From a virus, in IMG/VR virus record IMGVR_UViG_3300034062_003964, positions 32,001-96,000 of that record: 64,000 bases of DNA; one strand, given 5' to 3'. The notes under the pieces are model-generated. The model ran no database searches. It was given only the letters and a program-made list of their open reading frames with translations, and was not told the origin of the DNA. The number at the start of each line of letters is the position of its first letter. Positions within the stretch are counted from its first letter, which is position 1. Below, in pieces: positions 40,397 to 49,920 of the stretch. Made by a program: the position numbers and the translations under genes.

Positions 40397-41464
40397 ATGG
40401 ATTTAGAAAAAATACAAAAAGTAGAAGGTTCTATTAAAAATTTAGAAGATAGAAGTGCAAGAGTTTATTTTTTAGTACAAGACACTAAAGGTAACCCAAA
40501 GGCAAGTATCAAATATATTTACGATATTGCTAAAACATTAAAAAATAATAATTATAACCCTATTATTATTCACGAAACTAAAGAATATGAGGGGGTATCA
40601 TCTTGGTTAGATGAGTCATATGATGACTTACCTCACCAATCAATTGATGGTCAAAATCTTGCAATTTCACCTGAAGATATTATTGTTTTACCTGAACTTT
40701 ATGGTCACGTAATGGAACAAATTAAAAATTTACCTTGTGGGAAAATTGTACTATGTCAAGCTTACGACCACATGTTCGAGACATTACCTCCAGGGGTGTC
40801 TTGGTCTCAATTAGGTATCTATAAATGTATTACAACATCTGAAAAACAAAAAGAATATATTTCAGAAATAATGAAAAGTGTAAGTTTTGATATTTTAGAA
40901 CCTTATATTGACGAGGTATTTACTAAAAAGGAAAAACCATCTAAACCGATTATTTCTATTCACACAAGAGAACCTAGAGATACCGCAAAAATCATTAAAA
41001 CTTTTTATCTTAAATACCCACAATATCGATGGATTACATTTAGAGATATGAGAGGTATTACCATTAAAGATTTTTCTAAATTTTTAAAAGATTCTTTTTT
41101 AAGTGTTTGGGTTGATAATGAGTCGGCATTTGGTACATACCCTTTAGAATCTATGTCAAGCGGAACTCCGGTAATCGCTAAAGTCCCAAACATGCAACCA
41201 GTATGGATGAATGAAGAAAATGGAGTTTGGATTAATAACTTAAATGAGATGGTAGATGTGATTGCGAACTTTATCCAAAATTGGTTGGAGGATAATATTT
41301 CAGAAACATTATATGATAATATGTCGTCAACATCTTCTACCTATAAAAACAAAGAAAAATTTAATTCGACTGTTTTAGAATTATTTGATGAATATTTCAC
41401 AACAAGAAAAGATTCATTCCAAGAACAACTTGATAAACTTAAAATTACAGAAGAAACAAATTAA
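40397..41464 (+). CDS. Glycosyltransferase (GT-B/GT4-like)
   Basis: IVLPE, SAFGTYPLESMSSGTPVI (GT4 E-x7-E-like motif). Confidence 0.8.
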   Translation: MDLEKIQKVEGSIKNLEDRSARVYFLVQDTKGNPKASIKYIYDIAKTLKNNNYNPIIIHETKEYEGVSSWLDESYDDLPHQSIDGQNLAISPEDIIVLPELYGHVMEQIKNLPCGKIVLCQAYDHMFETLPPGVSWSQLGIYKCITTSEKQKEYISEIMKSVSFDILEPYIDEVFTKKEKPSKPIISIHTREPRDTAKIIKTFYLKYPQYRWITFRDMRGITIKDFSKFLKDSFLSVWVDNESAFGTYPLESMSSGTPVIAKVPNMQPVWMNEENGVWINNLNEMVDVIANFIQNWLEDNISETLYDNMSSTSSTYKNKEKFNSTVLELFDEYFTTRKDSFQEQLDKLKITEETN

Positions 41465-41468
41465 TATT

Positions 41469-42275
41469 ATGGAAAATATTTTAAACGTATCGGTTATATT
41501 ACCAATCAATTCTTTCAAAAACAGAGATTTTGATACATACTTTGATAGAGCGATTAAATCTATACAAATTCAACACACTAAACCATCGGAAGTTGTAATT
41601 GTACATTCAGATGAAGATGGATTAAAAACAAAATTAGAAACTTTTGACTATAGTGGATTAACAGTAAACTTTATAGAAAATAAAGGTAAAGTAGATTTTT
41701 CATCACAGATAAATTTAGGTGTTGAAAACGCTAAATCTGATTATATTAGTATTCTTGAGTTTGACGACGAATACTCAACAATTTGGTTTAAAAATGTAAA
41801 AAGATATATTGAAGCGTATCCTGAAGTTGAAACGTTTTTACCATTGGTTGTGGATACCGATGAAAAAGGTATGTTTGTTGGGTTTACTAACGAAGCCACA
41901 TTCGCTGCGAGTTTGAACACAGAAATTGGGTATCTAACAAATGAAGTTTTAATGAATTACCAAAATTTTCAAACAAGTGGGATGGTTATTAAAAAATCTA
42001 CGTACTTAGATAACGGAGGTTTAAAACCATCCTTCAAACTTACTTTTGTTTATGAATTTTTATTAAGATTAACATATAATTCAGTACAAATTATGACCAT
42101 TCCAAGAATCGGTTATAAGCACATGAATTTTAGAGAAGGTTCAATATTTTGGAATTATAAAAATGGTCAAAATAGAATTTCAGATGATGAGGTTGCATTT
42201 TGGATTGAGTCGGCAAAAAAAGAACATTTTTTCACTTCTGATAGAAATATAAAATATGAACCACAGGAGGTATAA
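41469..42275 (+). CDS. Glycosyltransferase family 2-like
   Basis: VSVILPI, INLGV, LEFDD; start moved to ATG 41469. Confidence 0.75.
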   Translation: MENILNVSVILPINSFKNRDFDTYFDRAIKSIQIQHTKPSEVVIVHSDEDGLKTKLETFDYSGLTVNFIENKGKVDFSSQINLGVENAKSDYISILEFDDEYSTIWFKNVKRYIEAYPEVETFLPLVVDTDEKGMFVGFTNEATFAASLNTEIGYLTNEVLMNYQNFQTSGMVIKKSTYLDNGGLKPSFKLTFVYEFLLRLTYNSVQIMTIPRIGYKHMNFREGSIFWNYKNGQNRISDDEVAFWIESAKKEHFFTSDRNIKYEPQEV

Positions 42276-43027
42276 TGATATTATCGTCAGGAACTATAAC
42301 TGAAGTTACTTACGAAACGAATAAGACGGATAAAAAAATTAAAAAAAATAATTATTTTGATGTTCGTGAAGAAGAGGCGGTAAAGGCATATTTAATAGCC
42401 GAAACAAAAATAGAAAAAGACCTCATTTATAATGAGTTTTTAAAATACCCTCTTGATAAGATGATTGAATCGATTATACGTCGTTATAAGTTATATCGTA
42501 AAGATATGGACTATAACGACGTTCATACCGACGCACACTCATTCTTAATGACCAAAGTGGATAAGTTTAAGCCAGCAAAAAATAAAAAAGCATATTCATA
42601 TTTTGGTACAATTTGTAAGAATTATTTAATGGGTCAAATTTTAAAAGACCAAAAAGAAACAAATAGAAAAGTATCATACGAAGATATCTCAAGCGCATTA
42701 GAAAATAGACCAGACATGGTTTATTATTTGGAATTTGAAAAAATAGATGCAGAAAAAATAATAGATAAATTTTTAATAGATTTAAAAGACTACGTCATGA
42801 ATTCGCAACTTCAAGAAAACGAAAGTAAACTTGGGTACGCACTTATAGAATTATTTGACGATTACGGTAATATCTTTATTGGAAATGATAATAATAAGTT
42901 TAATAAAAACATTGTGTTATTAACATTAAGGGAGATGACAAATCTTAATACTAAAGAAATTAGAACATACTTAAAAAAATACAAATCTCTTTATTTAGAA
43001 ACTTTAAAAAAGATACATAATCAATAA
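42275..43027 (+). CDS. Phage sigma factor (T4 gp55-like late sigma)
   Basis: Region 2-like KFKPAKNKKAYSYFGTICKNYL, comparable to F...K...A.SY in gp55/sigma70 region 2. Confidence 0.65.
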   Translation: MILSSGTITEVTYETNKTDKKIKKNNYFDVREEEAVKAYLIAETKIEKDLIYNEFLKYPLDKMIESIIRRYKLYRKDMDYNDVHTDAHSFLMTKVDKFKPAKNKKAYSYFGTICKNYLMGQILKDQKETNRKVSYEDISSALENRPDMVYYLEFEKIDAEKIIDKFLIDLKDYVMNSQLQENESKLGYALIELFDDYGNIFIGNDNNKFNKNIVLLTLREMTNLNTKEIRTYLKKYKSLYLETLKKIHNQ

Positions 43028-43043
43028 TTAAATATTTATTGAT

Positions 43044-43412
43044 ATGAATAGAGCAAGAAAAAAAGAAATTAGTTTAAACAAAGACTCGGTATTAAGTTTA
43101 ATGCAGGAGATTTACAATGAATTAGTTGAACAACGTGCAACTGCGATAAGAATACAAAATAAAATGTTAGCACTTCTAAAGGACCCTGAGGACATGACTC
43201 TTATTGGTCCTGTTATAAAAGAACAACAAAAAATAATTAACGATACTATCGAAAAGAAGTTAACTCTTTCTAAATTACAATCAGGTATTTGGGAAAAATC
43301 TAACAACGCTAAGGAAGATAGTTTTAGTTTATCTGATATGGATGAAGATACTTTACAATCGTTAATACAAAAAGATGTTGATAATAATAAAGGTCAAAAC
43401 TACCAACTTTAA
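43044..43412 (+). CDS. Hypothetical coiled-coil protein
   Basis: 122-aa ORF; TATTTATT-gat-ATG late motif. Confidence 0.6.
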   Translation: MNRARKKEISLNKDSVLSLMQEIYNELVEQRATAIRIQNKMLALLKDPEDMTLIGPVIKEQQKIINDTIEKKLTLSKLQSGIWEKSNNAKEDSFSLSDMDEDTLQSLIQKDVDNNKGQNYQL

Positions 43413-43414
43413 TC

Positions 43415-45415
43415 ATGGGATTAGATTTACAAAATGATTACGAAAAGGCTAAAAGTAAAATTAACGCTTACAAAACTACTGCCGAAACCAAAAAGGCAAA
43501 CCTTTTAAAGTCAAAAGAAAAGGCACAAACTTCTTTAGATAAAAAGAAAAGTGATACGGTTAAACAAATAAGTGAATTAGAAAACAAGGCTAAAGATTTT
43601 GTAAGCAAACAAAAAAATGAAATTAAAAGTGAGGTTAAAAATCAATTAGAACAACTTTTAGAATTATTTAAACAAACATTCCCACCATCAGAAAACAAAT
43701 CTATGGATACGGTTAGGAGGATTTTTTTAGAAGCAACACAAAACACAAAAGAAAAAGTAAAAAGTATATTAATCGAAGAGATAGTCTCAACCATAGGTTG
43801 TTCAGAAGAACAGTCCTATGAAGATAAAGTGAATCAAGACATTTATATAAAAGTAGGTCAAATTGATTTATTTAAAAAGTTAATATACTCACCGGATGAT
43901 GAAACCGCGAAATACTATTACGAAATTAAAAAAACCCCAAATGGTATAACACCATATAGTTTGAATAGGGAACTTTATAATAGAATTCAAAACTTAGGTC
44001 AGTCCTATGAAACTGAATACGGAACTTCATATTACGGGGCATCAGGACAAGAACTTTTTAACATTGAGTATGTTCAATCTTACCCAAGTAATAACCCAAC
44101 AAACTTTGGTGATTTTTACAAAATTAATTTAAAACCACAATTAAATAATACGACTTCAGTTACAGATTTCTTATTTGATTATTACAATAGTATTGAAATA
44201 TTTGGTTTAAACTCAATTTACACAGAATTACTAAATCAACTTTTTGGTGGTTTTGATTTTAAATTGAGTCTGTCTACCGACAAAATGAGAGAAGAGAAAA
44301 AATTCGATTTAATCATTAAAAGAATTATGGGAGTTTGTTCTGACCCAACTAAAAATATTGATGTTAGTGGTAACGCTAAATTAAATGATTTAGATTTAAT
44401 TGATGAAAGTTTTTTTGAAGTAACTAATCAAGAATTAAGAGGGATTGAAAATGACATTAATAATATCATTTCAGGTTTAGTAGAATTTGAATCATGTGAA
44501 GGGGTTAAGTTACCTATTAACCCTAATGCTATGTTTAGTTCATTAGACCAAGTTATTACTGAAACGAACCCGTCAAAACAAATTGATTTAATTGAAAGTG
44601 GTTTAGATGAATTATCAAAAGACCCAAATTGGAGTAATCAAATACCGGGTATAGGATTTAATTTAGACATTAAAGGCGATATCGATTTTAAAGTAATTTC
44701 ACAAATGGCCAAAGTTATTTACAGAACGGTATTATCACCTAAAGTGATGTTAGGTTTTTTAATTATGGTTAAAGCATTGAATAACAATTTGGCAAATACC
44801 TTAGACGGAGCATACGACGATTTAACCAACTTTATGAAGACATTTAGAAAATTTAATGTAAATTTTATACAAAGAATTTTTTCTTTGTTTGTTGAGGAAT
44901 TGTTTTTAATAATAAAAAGAGACATTAAAAGATTTGTTGAGGGGATTTTACTTGATATAGTAAAAGAAGCAAAAAATAAACAACTACAAATGTATTCGTC
45001 CATTCTTTACGCCCTTTTAATTGCCGGTGAAGCATTAATTGATTTTAGAAATTGTAAAAGTGTGATTGATGAAATATTAAAATTATTGAATTTAGGTATT
45101 AGTCAATTAAATATTGGGTTACCAACATTCGCATTAGCAGCTTCAAAACTTTTAAGTGGTATATCGGATACAAGAGCATTGTCGAATGTAATAGAAAATT
45201 TACAAAAATCGGGGTTACCAACTGGAGATTTACCAGACGGAAGTCCAAATTTTATGAATAATGCATTTAAAGGTATTATAGATGGTATGAATAAAGAACA
45301 AGCGGAAAATGGTAAAACTGAAGTGTTTATACCACCATTAACTGTTGTTGTGCCTCCTTTTGGTGCGGGACCTGGCGTTACAAAATTTTCAAAAGGATTT
45401 GGTAAATCGTTTTAA
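43415..45415 (+). CDS. Hypothetical protein, probably structural (baseplate region)
   Basis: 666-aa ORF in a late operon upstream of the gp5-like gene. Confidence 0.55.
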   Translation: MGLDLQNDYEKAKSKINAYKTTAETKKANLLKSKEKAQTSLDKKKSDTVKQISELENKAKDFVSKQKNEIKSEVKNQLEQLLELFKQTFPPSENKSMDTVRRIFLEATQNTKEKVKSILIEEIVSTIGCSEEQSYEDKVNQDIYIKVGQIDLFKKLIYSPDDETAKYYYEIKKTPNGITPYSLNRELYNRIQNLGQSYETEYGTSYYGASGQELFNIEYVQSYPSNNPTNFGDFYKINLKPQLNNTTSVTDFLFDYYNSIEIFGLNSIYTELLNQLFGGFDFKLSLSTDKMREEKKFDLIIKRIMGVCSDPTKNIDVSGNAKLNDLDLIDESFFEVTNQELRGIENDINNIISGLVEFESCEGVKLPINPNAMFSSLDQVITETNPSKQIDLIESGLDELSKDPNWSNQIPGIGFNLDIKGDIDFKVISQMAKVIYRTVLSPKVMLGFLIMVKALNNNLANTLDGAYDDLTNFMKTFRKFNVNFIQRIFSLFVEELFLIIKRDIKRFVEGILLDIVKEAKNKQLQMYSSILYALLIAGEALIDFRNCKSVIDEILKLLNLGISQLNIGLPTFALAASKLLSGISDTRALSNVIENLQKSGLPTGDLPDGSPNFMNNAFKGIIDGMNKEQAENGKTEVFIPPLTVVVPPFGAGPGVTKFSKGFGKSF

Positions 45416-45417
45416 TT

Positions 45418-45618
45418 ATGGAAGCGGAAGAAATAAAAGAAATATTAAAAAACCATAAAAATAAACCAAACAAAGATTTGGTTGGAGTTATGGATTTTTT
45501 GAAGGAAGATTTTGATAAAACTAAAGACCTTATTATCAAATTAACGCATCATTTAGATGGTGTCGAAAAAGAATATAATAAAGTTTATGATGAATATAGA
45601 AAAAGATTAAATGGCTGA
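45418..45618 (+). CDS. Hypothetical protein
   Basis: 66-aa ORF, coupled to its neighbours. Confidence 0.55.
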   Translation: MEAEEIKEILKNHKNKPNKDLVGVMDFLKEDFDKTKDLIIKLTHHLDGVEKEYNKVYDEYRKRLNG

Positions 45619-47176
45619 TTATATAGACGGACAACAGATATTTTTTGGTAAATGTGTTGATAGCGATGACCCATTAATGTTAGGTAGAGTTAGGGTTGAG
45701 CCTGAGTCTATGAACATTACCGCACTACAAAATTCAAGCTCAACATTTAACCCAAATTCGACAAACCCAAATAAAAATGGAAAATGGTCACCTGTAGACC
45801 CATTTGTTTATTTACCATTACTACCTTACTTTGTTAATCAAGTTCCAAAAGTGGGTGAAAAAGTAATGATATTTTATTACAACACAAACACAAAAACAGG
45901 TAGAAATAAATTCTACATGATAAGTACCTATTCTTCACCAACAACTATTAAGTTTGAGGATGGTTCATCGTCACAAACAAGGTTAAATTCGGGGTACGGT
46001 AACTCAACTGAAAAATTACCACCGATTAAAAACCAAAATGGAACTTTTAAAAATGATAAAAATAAAGGGGTATTTCCGGAGCCTGTAGATATATCAATAA
46101 GTGGTAGGGATAGTGCTGACTTTATTTTAAAAGAAAAAGATGTTTTATTAAGAGCTGGAAAACACAAAAACTTCGCAACAGGACAAATACCTGAATCCGA
46201 TAGTAAGAGAGCCTTTTTACAACTTTCAAAATATGAAAGTGATATAACTTTTGGCGATGCTAAATTTAGAAAAAAATTAATACAAAATAAGAAACCAATA
46301 AAGTACTTGATTGAGTATGATGTTTTAAATCCTGAAAATCAATTTTCAGCATTTACGGGTATGTTATACATTTACCAATTAAGAACAGAAAAACAATCTG
46401 AAAAAACTTTAACGGGGAACTTTAATGTAAATACACAATTAGATACCACAGGAGCGACTGATGGTGTTCAATTGATTAGAATGGTTAATTTTCCAATAGG
46501 GTTAAATTTAGATGACCTATCATTACAGATTAATCAAACTTTAAAAACTATTATTACTAACCCCTCAATAGCACTTTTATCACCTACGGTTGAAAAAAAT
46601 CAACAATACCCTTTTTACTATAGACCATCAAGTAAACTATATAATTTAGTAACAAAACCAACGACAGGTTATTTTATAGCCTCTGCCAATATGTCTAAAT
46701 TAATGTCATTAGTAAAGATTTCAACTGCAGATATCACACCTGGTTATGGTTTAGTTTTGGACTATAAATTATCACCAAATATTCCTTTTGAGTTTCAAAG
46801 TTCCGCGTTTGCGCCGTCCACCACACAACTTTCAGAAAATACTGCGGCATTACTTGGGGCCAATAAATTATATTTATTATCCAACGAGACGGAAATACCA
46901 GGAAAACAAAAAATAGATTTTGACAATAGTATTTATGGAATTGAGCAGGACGCTATTGTAAACGATATTGAACCTAATACCTCATCTATGGTTAGAGGTG
47001 AAGAACTTTTGGAGTTACTTCAATTAATTGTTAGGTTTTGTATTACACACGTTCATCCATATCCAGGTATGCCACCAAACCCTGTAACTGTAGACGGTTT
47101 ATCTAGTGATGAGTTACTTTCTAATATGTTTAATGCTTATCAAAAAGTTTTGAATAGCAATATTCGACTTAACTAA
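45611..47176 (+). CDS. Baseplate central spike, gp5/VgrG-like OB-fold protein
   Basis: G.CVDSDDPLMLGRVRV and P.VGEKV OB-fold motifs; C-terminal THVHPY (HxH metal site). Confidence 0.7.
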   Translation: MADYIDGQQIFFGKCVDSDDPLMLGRVRVEPESMNITALQNSSSTFNPNSTNPNKNGKWSPVDPFVYLPLLPYFVNQVPKVGEKVMIFYYNTNTKTGRNKFYMISTYSSPTTIKFEDGSSSQTRLNSGYGNSTEKLPPIKNQNGTFKNDKNKGVFPEPVDISISGRDSADFILKEKDVLLRAGKHKNFATGQIPESDSKRAFLQLSKYESDITFGDAKFRKKLIQNKKPIKYLIEYDVLNPENQFSAFTGMLYIYQLRTEKQSEKTLTGNFNVNTQLDTTGATDGVQLIRMVNFPIGLNLDDLSLQINQTLKTIITNPSIALLSPTVEKNQQYPFYYRPSSKLYNLVTKPTTGYFIASANMSKLMSLVKISTADITPGYGLVLDYKLSPNIPFEFQSSAFAPSTTQLSENTAALLGANKLYLLSNETEIPGKQKIDFDNSIYGIEQDAIVNDIEPNTSSMVRGEELLELLQLIVRFCITHVHPYPGMPPNPVTVDGLSSDELLSNMFNAYQKVLNSNIRLN

Positions 47177-47197
47177 GTATTTATATATAAAACAAAC

Positions 47198-48676
47198 ATG
47201 TCAATTTATAGGTCTTATTTCAGTAAGTCAAATACTATATTGTATAACTCTTATACCAACACGGGTAGAAACCCTATTGTTGAATTATTTTATGGTAATT
47301 TAAGTAATTCTGCAACACCTACGGGATTTAGTAGATATATTTTCAATATCGATTTATCGGGTCTTACAACAAACTTTACTGATAAAGTAATTACAACAGG
47401 GTGTAGTAGAAATATAACACATACACTTCGTATGACTAATACTTCTTTTTTTGATAATGAATTATTAAACGATAAAACAAGTCAAGGAAGAAGAAGAGCA
47501 ACCTCATTTGATTTACAATTATTAAGAATCCCGAGATATTCAGGTAATACAGGAGCAACTCAAACATGGGATAGTGGTGTTGGTTATGATTATTACGATT
47601 TTAAAATAACCAATTTAAACGATAGAGCATTTTCAACAAGACCTTCAAATTGGTATGAATCGACGACAATATCAGGATGGTCAACATCAGGTATTTACAA
47701 TAATACAAACTCATTAACAGGTTTAACCGGTTTAAACTATTCGGCACTTACGGTAGTAGATACACAACACTTTGAATTTGGTAATGAGAACATTGAGTTC
47801 GATATGTCTCATGAAATAAATTCTATTTTAACAGGCGGGACATCAGCACCTGCAGGGTGGATTATTTCATATTTTCCACAAGTAGAAAATATATCAGGAC
47901 TTACTGAAAATTATTCAGTTGGGTTCTTTTCTCCACATACACAAACATTCTATGAACCATTTTTAGAAACAAACTATAATGATTTTATTGATGATGATAG
48001 AAATACTTTTTACTCGGGAAATATAAATGACCTTTATCTTTATGTGTATCAAAATGGAAATGCAGTTAATTTGGATTCTAACCCCACTGTAGACATTTTA
48101 GATAGTAACGAGGACCCTGTATCAGGTTTTACAGGATTAAGTACATGTCAAGTCACTAAAGGGGTTTATAAGGTAGTTGTGAGTGGATTGACGGGTACAA
48201 CAATCCCTTGTTTATATTATGATTTATGGAAAGGGTTGTCAATTAACTCTACATCGATAACGAATGTTCAAAATGAATTTGTTTTATTAACTAAAAATGG
48301 TAACTACCAAATAGGGTCAACCACTAATAGTCCAAAAATTTATGGATTTTCATTTGATGGTATTAAACAAAGTGAGCAAATTCTTAATACAGATATTAGG
48401 AAGGTTAACGTCACAATTAAAAAAGCATATTCAACAAACCAAGTATTGGATAATATTGAAGCATATTATAGGGTTTATGTTAAAGAAGGAGGGAGTACTG
48501 AAGTTCAAGTTCAAGACTGGACAAGAATAAATAAAACACCTGATTCTTACTATTTTATTTTTAATACAATAGACAAAATACCAAATGAATATTTTATCGA
48601 TATAAAAGTAGTTTCGGATAGAAATACGGATACATATAAAAGAGAACTTCAGTTCCAAATAGTTAATAAAAAATGA
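47198..48676 (+). CDS. Virion structural protein (Ser/Thr/Gly-rich)
   Basis: 492 aa; TATTTATA at 47178; composition similar to the sheath insertion. Confidence 0.55.
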   Translation: MSIYRSYFSKSNTILYNSYTNTGRNPIVELFYGNLSNSATPTGFSRYIFNIDLSGLTTNFTDKVITTGCSRNITHTLRMTNTSFFDNELLNDKTSQGRRRATSFDLQLLRIPRYSGNTGATQTWDSGVGYDYYDFKITNLNDRAFSTRPSNWYESTTISGWSTSGIYNNTNSLTGLTGLNYSALTVVDTQHFEFGNENIEFDMSHEINSILTGGTSAPAGWIISYFPQVENISGLTENYSVGFFSPHTQTFYEPFLETNYNDFIDDDRNTFYSGNINDLYLYVYQNGNAVNLDSNPTVDILDSNEDPVSGFTGLSTCQVTKGVYKVVVSGLTGTTIPCLYYDLWKGLSINSTSITNVQNEFVLLTKNGNYQIGSTTNSPKIYGFSFDGIKQSEQILNTDIRKVNVTIKKAYSTNQVLDNIEAYYRVYVKEGGSTEVQVQDWTRINKTPDSYYFIFNTIDKIPNEYFIDIKVVSDRNTDTYKRELQFQIVNKK

Positions 48677-49146
48677 TTATGAGAAATTTAGATGCAATTA
48701 TTAAAAAAGTTTTAAAAGAAGACCAAAACATGAGGTCAAATAGATATATGTTCTTTTCTAACCTACAACAAATGAGAAGACAATGTGATTTACTATTAGA
48801 CTTAGACCAATCTATGGTCGAGGGTATTTTAGAAGATGGTCACGATTGGGCTCAAGACCACATTGCCGAAGCAAAAAATAATATGGACCAAGTATTCGAT
48901 TTTTTAATGAATGAATCAAAAAAAGATGGTATGGAGATGTCTATGAATATCGATGACAAAGATATGGTTATGGGTGAAGGTAGAAAAAAAACAGGTACTA
49001 AATTATGTGCTCGAGGTAAAGCGGCTGCTAAGGCTAAATACGACGTTTACCCAAGTGCTTACGCTAACGGTTTTGCAATTCAAGTATGTAAAGGTAAAAT
49101 TAAAGGTTTAGATGGTCAAAAGAGATGTTCAGGAACTTATTGTTAA
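48673..49146 (+). CDS. Hypothetical protein with C-terminal Cys-containing PSAYA motif
   Basis: LCARGKAAAKAKYDVYPSAYANGFAIQVCKG. Confidence 0.6.
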   Translation: MIMRNLDAIIKKVLKEDQNMRSNRYMFFSNLQQMRRQCDLLLDLDQSMVEGILEDGHDWAQDHIAEAKNNMDQVFDFLMNESKKDGMEMSMNIDDKDMVMGEGRKKTGTKLCARGKAAAKAKYDVYPSAYANGFAIQVCKGKIKGLDGQKRCSGTYC

Positions 49147-49850
49147 AGTGAACTTAAAATATTTTTTATAATTTTTTCTAAGGACTCATTTTGGGTCCTT
49201 TTCTTTTTTGGTTTGTATGAAGTCATTACAGGTTTTTGACCTTTTCCGGTTTGAGTATCTTTTTTCTCAGCCTTTCTTTTTTGGGTACAGGCTGCTTTTT
49301 TAGCCGAATCACTCATTTTTCCTGCAACCCCCGCAGCTCTACATTTTGGGTATGCACCTTTTGACGTATCAGGTCTACCACATGGAGGATGTTTACCATC
49401 AACTTTTCTACAAATATTAACCCACGGACCTTTCGGTTGTTTGGAGCCTTTTGGTTTTTTCTTTGTACCAAACCAAACCGCTAAATCCTCGTTTAAATTA
49501 ATCTTATCTAGTTCAATCCATTCTTTAATAGGAACTATTTTAGTATTTTTACCTGGAAATTGATTTATAGGGTTACCTTCGACATCACTAAAAGTTGCAT
49601 CGGGATGAAATTTTATAAAATTATAAATTTTATTTGCAATATTTTCCTCTTTTTTTCTTTGTTTCTTACTTCTTTCCATTTTACCGTCATATGAATCATA
49701 TGCTAAATCAGGACTTTTATATTTAGAAACAGGCTCAGTAAAAGGTCCCATAACATTTTTTTTAAAATATCGTTCACCTGGTATTAATGGTGCTATATAA
49801 CTACCTCTAGAACCGCCCGTGGATGTCGCTTCATTTATTTTTCTATCCAT
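49143..49850 (-). CDS. Hypothetical basic protein with Cys motif (WVNIC..PPCGR..YPKC)
   Basis: 235-aa ORF; late motif 3 nt upstream (49854). Confidence 0.6.
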   Translation of the reverse strand: MDRKINEATSTGGSRGSYIAPLIPGERYFKKNVMGPFTEPVSKYKSPDLAYDSYDGKMERSKKQRKKEENIANKIYNFIKFHPDATFSDVEGNPINQFPGKNTKIVPIKEWIELDKINLNEDLAVWFGTKKKPKGSKQPKGPWVNICRKVDGKHPPCGRPDTSKGAYPKCRAAGVAGKMSDSAKKAACTQKRKAEKKDTQTGKGQKPVMTSYKPKKKRTQNESLEKIIKNILSSL

Positions 49851-49871
49851 AACTATAAATATCTATAAAAT

Positions 49872-49900
49872 AAAAAAGGTCAGATTTCTCTGACCTTTTT
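49872..49900 (-). terminator. Terminator after major capsid gene (possibly bidirectional)
   Basis: AAAAAAGGTCAGA-tttc-TCTGACCTTTTT perfect inverted repeat. Confidence 0.85.
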
Positions 49901-49920
49901 CTTATTCCGTTTTTAATTGA

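Noticed and set aside
20289-42275. Glycan region as bacterial contamination or a prophage-host junction
   Set aside because: It is interleaved and translationally coupled with phage-type genes (exonuclease, dUTPase, phoH, gp55-like sigma) and flanked on both sides by virion genes.
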